Made by a program: the position numbers and the translations under genes
Shown here: piece after piece, positions 52,401-64,000 of the stretch
How the letters are laid out: each line of letters opens with the position of its first letter
Numbering within the stretch: position 1 is the stretch's first letter
The notes under the pieces: generated by a model
What the model saw: only the letters and a program-made list of their open reading frames with translations
Told to the model about the DNA's origin: nothing
Database searches by the model: none
NCBI RefSeq assembly: GCF_001194135.2
Contig: NC_068999.1
Coordinates: 1,602,821 to 1,666,820, forward strand
Length of the DNA stretch: 64,000 bases
Direction: 5' to 3'
Source: Octopus bimaculoides
Lineage: Eukaryota

Positions 52401-52807
52401 CTATGATCAGCTGATTGTCTTCATTTGAATTTCTCATACGTAATAGAAAAGCATGAATGTCATAAAATCGTTATTGCTCTTCTCCTACGTTGAGACAAGT
52501 TTTGCAATCACTGAATATTGTACAAGCTTCAATATGACTTAGCTAATAACAAAAGCAAATGGCTTTCTTCCTGAATCGTAACCGTCTATAGATGCAGAGA
52601 TTTCCTACAATTTCAATCCGATTTCAGTAATTGCATTATTCTTGAGGGTGGGAGTCGCTTCAAAATAGTCTCTACTTCAGAGGTTAATCCCGTTGTGCTG
52701 TATCTTAGACATTCAAGTGTCTTCTAAAATAACCGAGATTCTACCAAGGCCTCGAGAGTTAAGTCTGTCAGACGGAAATCGATATACTCTATGTATTTAT
52801 TCATCCC

Positions 52808-53006
52808 CTTAACGTAAGGGGATTCAGCATGACACAGCATATGACAAGGCTGGCCCTTGTAAATTACAGGTATAACTCATTTTTGCCATCTGAGTAGACT
52901 GGACGAGCGTGAAATGAAGTATCTTGCTCAAGGGCACAACGTAGCGCCGGGTGTGAAACTCACAACCTTAGGATCATGAGCCGAATAACCTTACCACTGA
53001 GCCATG
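52808..53006 (-). mobile_element. SINE family C (tRNA head + CORE-like box + tail)
   Basis: Minus strand catggctcagtggtaagg (A box)...gttgtgagtttcacaccc (B box)...ttgtgcccttgagcaagatacttcatttcacg...aagggccagccttgtca. Confidence 0.88.
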
Positions 53007-53483
53007 AGCTTTCGGCCATAAAACAACATTTAGTAGGACCAACTACTGCTACTAAATCAACCTCTGCTACTATGGCAAGTAGCTTTCAACAGCAGTAAAT
53101 ATATTGGTATATAACAATGGCAGTAACTCTATCGATATGTAGTGCGGGAACATGTTTAACCCTCAGCCTTACCATCCGCCGGTGAAATAAGAAAATATTG
53201 ATTGCAGTCTATGTAATATCTGATATCGATTATCTAATGTTTATTAAACACTACGCACACACGGAAACACATGCATACGTATAGACATAGATACACACAT
53301 ACATAGATAAAAATATACAAAAAAAATACATGTAGATACACACACACACACACACACGCATACATATAGGGAGAAAGATGCACGCAGACACAGAGACGAT
53401 TTTTGAATTCGCCTTTGTATGGTTGTATGTACACACACAGATACACACACACAGATACACACACACAGACACGCATATATCTA

Positions 53484-53532
<49 letters not shown>

Positions 53533-53575
53533 GTGTGTGTGTGTGTGTATACAAAGAGAGAGCAATAGAGAGTTA

Positions 53576-53985
53576 GGTGCAGGCGTGGCTGCCTGGTAAG
53601 TATGGTTCCAGTTTCAGCCCGAGTGCGTAGCACCATGTCACCTCGGGTAACTCTTCTTCCATAGGCACCAGGCAGACCAAAGCCTTGTGAGTGGATTTGT
53701 TATACGGGAACTGGGAAAGCACATCTATTATAAATACATATACATGTGTGTGTATCTGTATGTGTGTGTCTGTAGATGTGTATGTATATTAGTCTTTGTG
53801 TTTGTGTCTGACTTCTTGCACAGTTTGACAACCTGTGTTGGTTTGTTTACGTCAGCCGTAACGTCGCGGTTCATCCAAAAGAGACCGCTACAATAAGTGC
53901 CAGCCTTAAAAAGAAAAAGTTAAATATTAGAGTCGATTTGTTCGACTGATCCTTCGAGGTCGCACCCCAGCATGGTTGAAGACTG
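53576..53985 (+). mobile_element. SINE family B, near full length
   Basis: ggcgtggctgcctggtaag...gaccaaagccttgtgagtggattt...(TG/TA)n...ttgacaacc...gcggttc...gtcgatttgttcgact...ccagcatgg. Confidence 0.88.
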
Positions 53986-54104
53986 TGAGGAAGAAGAGTA
54001 AAATGTGTGTTAAAAAATATTCCAGAGTGTAAAGATCTCCATACAAAGTAGTAACTGATAGCTAGATGTAGACAATAAACTTAATCTGAACATATGCAGA
54101 TTGC

Positions 54105-54136
<32 letters not shown>

Positions 54137-54329
54137 NNNNNNNNNNNNNNNNNNNNNNNNNNNNNNNNNNNNNNNNNNNNNNNNNNNNNNNNNNNNNNNN
54201 NNNNNNNNNNNNNNNNNNNNNNNNNNNNNNNNNNNNNNNNNNNNNNNNNNNNNNTATATATATAGTGAGAATTTACAAAAAAAATTAAAGGACGAAGACG
54301 GGTGTGTAAATAACAAACAGATGTTACTA

Positions 54330-54480
54330 GTTTAACGCTCGGGAAGTGAGAAAGTATTTTGCGTTTCGAGCCTACGCTCTTCAACAGAAAGGAACACAGA
54401 AATAAGCAGAGAGAGAAAACAGAAAAAGTTTTAGTGGCTAGCGATCTATCATGGCGAATGCCAGACAAAGGGGTTACACA
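54330..54480 (-). mobile_element. Interspersed repeat with hammerhead-like core (probable PLE pseudo-LTR derivative)
   Basis: Minus strand CTGTTGA-A-GAGC gtag GCTC-GAAA-CGC (54361-54387); homologous to 16870-16985. Confidence 0.6.
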
Positions 54481-56481
54481 GTATATATGTATGTTCGTAA
54501 GGAGGCAGTCAAGTACTTAAACACGTAGATAGGTAGATAGGTGAGTAGATAGGTTTTAGGTGGTTATGTCAATTTTATAGATTGATAGTTACTTAGTTAA
54601 TTGTGTAGGTATGTAGAGAAGTGAGAAGATAGGCAAGCTAATAGGTCGGTAGATATGTTTGGTAAGTAGGCATGTATGTAGATAGGTAGGAAGGTAGGTA
54701 GGTAGGTAGGTAGGTACATAGGTAGAACGGTCAGACACGCACATACGCACGCACAAAAGCACACATACACATAAGGAGAGAGAAACATGACTATATACAC
54801 ACACATTCCACACACAAGCTTATATGCATAGACGCACAACGAAGCAGAAGTACGCACACACAAACGCACACACATACATACAAACAAGGTCTTAAGCAGA
54901 CAAACGTGGCCTCCATAACGGACTAAGTAGAAAGTTGCAATTAAAGGATATTGAATAACAAAATCAAAATAAATTACTTATTGTTTAACCAAATTAAACA
55001 AACAATCGATAAGTTAGTTGGTATTTAACCAATATACTGATAACAGAGGAATGGAATGGAACCAGTGCGTGTGTTAATAATTATTGGCATTATGATTCTT
55101 CCTAGACACAACAAAATACATATCTATGCTTATGCGTATAAAACTCTTTCATATTGAAGAGTGTCGAATCTTTTTCATTAATGATTTTATTTTTGTATTT
55201 TCTCATTAGATGTGTAAAATTAGATTGAAATAATAAAGTTTCTAAATCCATTAATGTGTCTGGCCATTCTTATTTTCTAAATTAAATGTGGATGGTAGTG
55301 GCAATTTTATTGCCGTCGTTTATGTAGTAGGCAGCAAGTCTCATAGAAATGGTTTAGCTGATAAAATCGTTGTTGTTACTTTTAATATCAATTGTTCCTC
55401 GTGTTCTATTAGGGCGCACTCTCTAATAATTCATTTTGTTCTCTAATGTTCTATTAATAAAGCTTCACTAACAAATCGTTTAGACGGTGCTTTGCTAGGA
55501 TGTTGTCTTCAGTGGCGTCAGTAAGATACGATCTCGTTAGGGAACGGATGAATGTAATTATTCTGTTCATGCGTTTTTCAGTGATGTGAAATTTATCAGC
55601 TGAACTATTTCGAACGTATTAATAAGAATAGTTGTAATTTTCTCTACCGCTCAACCTGAAAGAATGTATGTGTTAGTTTTATTTGATCTTAAAGTTATTT
55701 GAGGTGAACCTCCTCGTGCTTCGTAATTTCAGTCGATGTAATGCTTACTCTGTACACAAAATCTCAGAGAGGCATAGACCTTCTAAGTGGGTAACGATGC
55801 TTTCTGAAGTTAAAAGTAGGATGTTGCGGTGTGCTGGCAGGACGTAAATCTCAACTTGCGGTGTGATAGATTTTATTCATATTATCATTTATATCAATTG
55901 CAGGGATCCCCTACCCACCCAAATATCACTTTATTACTTTTATCGACCATGTCTTTCTACATGGATGGCCATAATGCTGTAGCATTCTTCTTTGTTGCTT
56001 CTTTCCTTTCGAAATATATGTCATTAGAATATGGTCTTCTTATCGACGTGGAAGTCTTCCGGATCTGCACTTGTGATCACTTGGACACTACTCACACGCT
56101 TGCAAAGGCCCAATTTTTTCCATTAGAACCGTGACAATTCTGGCTCCTTGCGAGTTGTACTATACACTCATGTGTATGATTATGTATGTATATATATATA
56201 TATATATATATATAACTAGAAATAATATATAGGTCTAAATGCAGATCTAGATAGAGGGATAGATAGAGAGAGAGAGAAAGAGAAAGAGACAGAGAGACAG
56301 ATAGATACATACATGCATGTTATATAGCTGTATATCTTTCATATGTGTTGGTATGTGTAGTTTTGTGAATGTGTTGATGTGTGTGTGCGGGTGTCTCTGT
56401 TGTAGTCTTTCCTTTTCAGTTACTTCCATTTATCTCCTCTTGAAGCAAATTCAAAAATGTTTATCAAAAAACATAAAAGTG

Positions 56482-56565
<84 letters not shown>

Positions 56566-56575
56566 NNNNNNNNNN

Positions 56576-56618
<43 letters not shown>

Positions 56619-56809
56619 AATATACATATGTGTATATATATGTATATAGATAGATAGATAGATAGATATAGATATATACTTACTCTCAGGTAGCTACCTA
56701 TTGCTACAAGCAATAGGTAGCTTCAATAGAAAAGTAGCAAATATTTATTCGTGAGCACTGTGAATGCTGAATTACAAATCCTGCTGCTTTTTACCATTCT
56801 CATTGTTCA

Positions 56810-56861
<52 letters not shown>

Positions 56862-57081
56862 NNNNNNNNNNNNNNNNNNNNNNNNNNNNNNNNNNNNNNN
56901 NNNNNNNNNNNNNNNNNNNNNNNNNNNNNNNNNNNNNNNNNNNNNNNNNNNNNNNNNNNNNNNNNNNNNNNNNNNNNNNNNNNNNNNNNNNNNNNNNNNN
57001 NNNNNNNNNNNNNNNNNNNNNNNNNNNNNNNNNNNNNNNNNNNNNNNNNNNNNNNNNNNNNNNNNNNNNNNNNNNNNNNNN

Positions 57082-57133
<52 letters not shown>

Positions 57134-57245
57134 CACACACATATATAATTTATATATATACACACACATATCTACATGTATATATATATAAGGGCATAAC
57201 TATACAAGAATGCCTCATGTATGCATTTGTATTTATATGTACATT

Positions 57246-57307
<62 letters not shown>

Positions 57308-57589
57308 TACATAGATAAATGTACGTATAGGTAAACATATCGTATGTATATATATACGTGTACGTATGTTAGAATGTGTATACGTGTTTATGTGTGTATG
57401 TCCTCTTGTACGTTGATATATACGTCAATATATACATATATATCATATCAATGATTGCATACGTGTTTGTTGTCAGTGAAAGGCACAAATTTAATTACAT
57501 ACCTACCTGCATACATACATAAATATATTCATACGCACATACATACATATGTGTATATACATATATGATCATATATATATATGATCATA

Positions 57590-57639
<50 letters not shown>

Positions 57640-57849
57640 AATATATATACATGTGTATGTATGTGTATACAAGTCTATATACACATACTTACACTTATAT
57701 TTATACATATACATACGTACACACACACATACATATATATATATATATGTATGTATATATACTTATATATAAATATATATGTATATAACTATATTTTTAC
57801 ACATACATATCTACGCCTTTAACTAGTGGGAATTGATTATTATTGAATA

Positions 57850-57857
57850 AACACTAA

Positions 57858-57906
<49 letters not shown>

Positions 57907-58457
57907 AACGGTTAATGCTACTACTAATGGTACCAATGCTGTAATATTATACAACCATCATCATCATCATCATCAACATCATCATCATCATCATCCTCCT
58001 CCTTATCATCATCATCATCATTGTCATCTTCGTAGCAACACTGATTACGGCATAAACTAAACCGAGTTTAAAACTGAGCTTTTAAAAACACTCACGCATC
58101 TTTCATTGTTGTTGTTGCTTTCTTTTTGTATTTGTTTGCAATTACTGTTTTTTATATATTTGTTAATGTTGTTGTTTTTCTTGTTTTTCTTTTTTCCTAA
58201 ATCAATTAAGGATTCTCTGATGCATGTCTTTCAAATCAGAAATTCTTGAATCATACCAATTCAATTATTCTATTACAGTCCTCTAGATAACTATTCCATG
58301 TTGTTGTTGTTGTCGTTGTTGCAATTCTGAATGTTGTTGTTGCTTCTCTCTAATTCTGTTTATTCGTTTGTTTTTAGCTCTAACATTTTCATTATCATCA
58401 TTATTATTATTTTTATCATCATCCTCATCATCATCATCATCATCATCACAATCATCA

Positions 58458-58525
<68 letters not shown>

Positions 58526-58740
58526 TTATTGTTGTTGATTTTGTTGTAATAGTACTTGTTGATGGCGATCGTGTTGCTGCTACCGCTGTTTTTCTAATCA
58601 TTCTTCTTCTTCTTCTTCTTACTACTACTACTACAATTACTACAACTATATTTATTATTATCCTCGTCATCATTATCATTATTGATGTTGTTGTTCTTAT
58701 TTTATTTGTTGTTGTTGTTGTCGTTGTCCGCCTCGTAAAT
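57850..58740. repeat. Field of (ATT)n, (CAT)n, (GTT)n and (CTA)n trinucleotide repeats
   Basis: Direct reading; source of the poly-Ile ORF at 58331. Confidence 0.9.
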
Positions 58741-58974
58741 GCTTTCTATTAAATTCCTACACTTTTTCAAGTTGCTAAAATATAACTGGAAGGTTGCCTT
58801 GTAATTCGGTTGTTTTTCTTTTTCCTGCGTCTGTCTTCTTCTGCCTTTCAGTCTTTCTTTTCATTTATCCTTCACTGTTTTTTTCCCTTCTTTCTTTCTT
58901 TCTTCGTCTTTTATTTCTGCTTTTCTGATATCAACCCGCTTCCTACCTCCATCATCTGTCTTCATTTTGCTTTG

Positions 58975-58975
<1 letters not shown>

Positions 58976-59005
<30 letters not shown>

Positions 59006-59099
59006 CTTCTTCTTCTTCTTCTTCTTCTTCTTCTTCTTCTCTTTCTTCTTCTTCTTCTTCTTCTTCTTCTTCTTCTTCTTCTTCTTCTTCTTCTTCTTC
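58976..59099. repeat. (TTC)n/(GAA)n tract, ~41 units, one interruption
   Basis: Direct reading; pyrimidine-rich run continues to ~59160. Confidence 0.97.
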
Positions 59100-59930
59100 A
59101 CCTTCCTCCTCCTCTCACTCTACTCCCCTTTCTCTTTCTTTCTTTCTCCCTCCAACCCTTTCATTTTTTTCTGTTACAAATATTTTTTCAAATCCTTATA
59201 AAATAACGACAACAATAATATTAATAATATTGCAATTATTGTTGTTATTGTTCTACTCGTTTTCCTTCTTCTTCTTCTTCTTCTTATTATTATTATTATT
59301 TAGGGCAAATTATAAAAGAATCCTTCAGGTTGCCGTCCAGTCTAAGGATTCCATAGTAAATAGTTCTACGCTGTAACGTCTCCGTCCGTCATGACGTTAT
59401 TGAATACGTCATATTAATGCAATTTCCTAAATGTACATACACTCCCCCAACAAAATACTCACATACACACACATATATATATCTAACACACACACATATA
59501 TATGTAAATGTATGATCGTCATCCATATATGCTCAGGTGCATGGCCAGTTAAAAATACAAAACTTAGTACGTTTCAATTCCATGAGTCAATAAGTTCGCT
59601 TGCTTTCATACAATGTTCCTTAGATAAAGGAAAATTATATTTTCTTGTTATTGTTATGCAAATTAGTCTTGAGTTTTGATGTTATTGTTGCGCTGAGGTT
59701 ATGCAGTATATTTTCCCGATGCTACATACATCTTTGCACTTGTATGACTCACACAGCCTCACATAGACACATTGTTTCCCGCACAGCCTCGTTGAAATAA
59801 TACATGATGGTTGTGTTTTCTTATATTGCTCTCTCTTGTATAATGATTGGTCCTGTATTATGTGGGCTAGTATTTATGGTTGTGAAACCAATGTACATTA
59901 TCTCTGTAATTGTAAATCATACACCCCACG

Positions 59931-59995
<65 letters not shown>

Positions 59996-60503
59996 GTACA
60001 TGAATACACACATACGTATTCGGTGTGCCGGTTGAGAAGGCATTAAATCTAAACTCCCTGTGTAGCGTGCTACCATAGTACAATATGTCAAGTATTACAT
60101 ATCACTGTGAAGGAAGAAATTGCGGTTTTGCGAGTAGAAATTTCCTGAGAAAGTAGTGAGCAAAATATATTTTTACAAATATTTGTATTTGAAGTTTTAA
60201 AATAGGTGTTGTAATTGGTTACTAATTATACTAACGTTATGCAAGTTCGAAGAACAATGTTTGAGCAGAATTCTGTTGTGTTTTAACAGAAATCAAACAG
60301 CTCGCGATTACACATGTTCAATATAATGATTATCTTCAATGAGAAAAGAAACTGGTATGTACTAATATATTCGGGAAGTATTTGTTATTTAGAATAATTA
60401 CAACAAAAAGTTAGATTCAACTGCTTTGCGTTGTAAGTCTATTAACACATATGTGTATATACATTCTCAAGGACAAATACACCTGCATATGTGTGTTTGC
60501 GTG

Positions 60504-60556
<53 letters not shown>

Positions 60557-61175
60557 GGGAAAAGGTCTAAGACAGCATTTATGAGTACAAGAAATCAATT
60601 TTTCACGCAAATATGGGTGCCTAATTGATGTAAGACAGAACCAGTGTGAAATAAATGGTAACGATGGATATTTGAAGCATAAGAAGAATTTACTGGAGAG
60701 GAAGCTCAAATAGTTCCCGCAATCTATTAAAGCCACAAAGCATAGATTACCATTTATTTACCCGGACAAGTACCTCGAAAGATTGAAATTCTGCACCTCG
60801 TGATTCCAAAGCAACCTACGTATATATGCAATTATATTCCACATACATACATACGTACGTACGTACATACATGCATACGTACGTACGTGCATATATGCAT
60901 GCATATATGCATGTATATGTATATATGCATCATACAAATACATATATCTGTGTGTGTGTTTACGTATGTGTGTGTGCGTCCGTTGGTGTGTGCGTTCATT
61001 TGTGTTTGTGTGAGTATTTACGTCTGAATATAGATACATAAGATCGTACGTACATGTACACATACTTTGAAAGTGTGCAAGTTTCTCTACGTCTATTACC
61101 CACGCGACACAAGCATGTACATATATACACATACATATATACATACATACATATATATATAGATACATATATATA

Positions 61176-61230
<55 letters not shown>

Positions 61231-62368
61231 NNNNNNNNNNNNNNNNNNNNNNNNNNNNNNNNNNNNNNNNNNNNNNNNNNNNNNNNNNNNNNNNNNNNNN
61301 NNNNNNNNNNNNNNNNNNNNNNNNNNNNNNNNNNNNNNNNNNNNNNNNNNNNNNNNNNNNNNNNNNNNNNNNNNNNNNNNNNNNNNNNNNNNNNNNNNNN
61401 NNNNNNNNNNNNNNNNNNNNNNNNNNNNNNNNNNNNNNNNNNNNNNNNNNNNNNNNNNNNNNNNNNNNNNNNNNNNNNNNNNNNNNNNNNNNNNNNNNNN
61501 NNNNNNNNNNNNNNNNNNNNNNNNNNNNNNNNNNNNNNNNNNNNNNNNNNNNNNNNNNNNNNNNNNNNNNNNNNNNNNNNNNNNNNNNNNNNNNNNNNNN
61601 NNNNNNNNNNNNNNNNNNNNNNNNNNNNNNNNNNNNNNNNNNNNNNNNNNNNNNNNNNNNNNNNNNNNNNNNNNNNNNNNNNNNNNNNNNNNNNNNNNNN
61701 NNNNNNNNNNNNNNNNNNNNNNNNNNNNNNNNNNNNNNNNNNNNNNNNNNNNNNNNNNNNNNNNNNNNNNNNNNNNNNNNNNNNNNNNNNNNNNNNNNNN
61801 NNNNNNNNNNNNNNNNNNNNNNNNNNNNNNNNNNNNNNNNTATATATATATATATATAGAAGTAAAAATTTATCAAATGTATGTTTAGACTTTTAACTGT
61901 TCTTTCACTTGCGCTAAAATAAATTAGCGATATGCATACTGGTAATGTGACGATTGAACAACCAACTAAACTGTGGGATTTTAGTCACAAAATCACGCAC
62001 ACACATTTAATATAACATGAACGATATACATATACACACATATCTACATATGGACATATATACATATACAAACATATACATATATACATACATATATATA
62101 ATATATATATACATATACGCATATATACCTATATACTTACATACACAAACACCNNNNNNNNNNATATATCTGCTTGACAAGATACATAATATGATATCTG
62201 CGCTATCGTGATCGAGGGTCAACGTCTGTTGAAATTAATATATTTTCCTATATGATTCTGTTTTCTATATTTATTTCTATGCCATACGCTTATGGGTTAT
62301 TTGACTGTTATTTCTCGTAGGTCAAGTGACCGCTTAGTCGCTTTGTCATTGCTTCACTATTGAGCTTA

Positions 62369-62382
62369 CCGCTAGATGGCAC
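62369..62382 (+). promoter_or_regulatory. CTCF-like motif CCGCTAGATGGCAC
   Basis: Matches the CTCF core at all positions in non-repetitive sequence; binding not shown. Confidence 0.45.
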
Positions 62383-64000
62383 AGTTGAGGTTTTTGTGAG
62401 TTAATACGCTTTCACTTTGGTCATATTGCAGTAAATGGTAACGTCACCTACAAGACGAAAACACACACACACACACACACAGCACAGACCTTTCAGTCGA
62501 CATACCATTTCTTTAACGATTCTGCCAACTGTGGATCTTGGTATTTATTCCATAAGAAGTGGGAGATAATAAATTATAAACCATAATCCTTCGTTATTAC
62601 ATTAAAATAAAAATTTCTATAAATATGTTGCTTAGCAACGTGATTGCCGATCTCTCAAAAAACCTATTGATTAGTTCACATAGAAGCTATCTTGAATAGA
62701 TATCGAATGTCAGAGAACTTGATGGCTTTAAGTATATGTATATATATTTGTGTTGTGGTACGTATACATGTGTCGGTGTGTGTTTTGTATGTGTATATGT
62801 GTTTATGTCTCTATGTGTCTAGGTATGTATATATGTAGACATAATCTTCAACGATGTCTGTGTGTGTACGTATATCTTTGTAGAAAATGGTAAGAGTGCT
62901 TCTAAAAACCACTAGATTCATCTGTATATATACATGTGTGAGAACGAGCGAGATAGAGAGAGAGAGACAGACAGACTGAGGGTATTTATGTTGTCATTGT
63001 ATATATAGAACCTCCATTTGTACACTAACATCTCTCTGTACAAACAGAGATTTTGCTATATCAATATAGTGTTTGTTTACGTTATGGTAGAAGAACATAC
63101 AACTGCTCATCACCAGTCTATGCCAGATGCCCACATGTCTGACTATGTATCAGTCTAGGTTTCTATTTCTCACACTATATATGTATATTTATACACACAT
63201 ACATACACACACATATATATGCATATGTATTTAATACTTTTCGACTAAAGGGTGCATGTCGATCAGTGTGTTGAAGCGTTGAGTAAAGCGCTGGCACAGT
63301 TTGGGGCAACCTCGTGTCATCTGCAGCCGGGGAATATTTCCGTTGGTTCTACTTTAGGAAATCCGTATTATTAGCGGAGACAATAATAATTATTTCTTTG
63401 TATTTAGAATTAATCTTTATCTTGTACAACGGTCGTTTCGATCCATCCTGCAACGTGATCTTTAGAGAGACGCGACTTTATATTTAGATGCATCTGATGA
63501 AACCCACACTGCAAATTGATGAAACACAGCATGTCCCTCCAATAAGGGAGAGTACCATTGTGATTAGTTGAGCATAAAAAATGAAACGGCCTCTTTCCAA
63601 CGAATTTTTGTTAAAATGGCAAAAGCAGTTGACACAAATGATGCAGAAGTTATTTGGAAATTTAACTTTGATTGTTTCACCTGCTTTCATAAACGCAATA
63701 AACTAAAGTTGCGTACCAAAACCAAAGTAGGCGAGTATATAATTTAGTTCCACATCTCTTTATGTATAGTCTGTAGTCCAAGTTCTGTGTCATATTGCAA
63801 ATAAAACAGGCTGGTATATAATTTAGTCTCGATGTTATTTTATTCTGGTCTCTGTTATAAAGTCGCTGTCTTTTGGCAACGAGGAAAGTGGATCTTTGTG
63901 TATATTTATTATTGCGGGTATGTTTGTGTGTAGGTGTCCGGTAAGTGCGTGTACGTATAAGCGTTTTGTATATGAGTGTTTCTTTATATATATATATATA

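Noticed and set aside
4648-53985. tRNA genes suggested by A/B-box sequences (13403, 38759, 52808, 34160, 53576)
   Set aside because: No cloverleaf or acceptor stem; each continues into a shared SINE body, so they are SINE heads.
37474-59376. Poly-His, poly-Ile and poly-Ser ORFs (37474, 58331, 58810), and poly-Val/Leu/Asn/Tyr ORFs at 12574 and 22076-22329
   Set aside because: Trinucleotide microsatellites with no flanking complex coding sequence.
63495-63530. CTGATGA...GAAAC spacing
   Set aside because: No stem II or stem I complementarity and no NUH site; also 42178 CTGACGA..GGAAAC.

Overview
Non-coding-dominated, AT-rich eukaryotic sequence. It is saturated with (TA)n/(CA)n/(TG)n, tetranucleotide and trinucleotide microsatellites and interrupted by 22 assembly gaps, almost all beside microsatellites. 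The SINE families and microsatellite load resemble Octopus (coleoid cephalopod) genomic DNA; this is recall and inference, not a database match. Nearly all ORFs in the supplied track are microsatellite or N-gap artefacts. Well-supported content: (i) about 20 copies or fragments of four tRNA-headed SINE families, two with clear target-site duplications; (ii) a decayed hAT transposase (50595-51612, +) fused tail-to-tail to a Merlin/IS1595-type transposase fragment on the minus strand (51606-51776, missed by the ORF track) and a GC-rich palindromic end (51880-51963); (iii) five degenerate hammerhead-ribozyme-like cores of the Penelope-like-element (PLE) type; (iv) two long inverted repeats (3601-3945, 14566-14696), an ~81-bp minisatellite and two good CTCF-like motifs. 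No host protein-coding gene can be named. Several short candidate exons are reported at low confidence, the best being a 4-exon + strand C-terminus (599-8267) and a 142-nt exon (31691-31832). No rRNA, genuine tRNA gene or CRISPR array is seen. I found no evidence for a wholly new biological system; the hAT/Merlin chimera and the ribozyme-like relics are the best leads.
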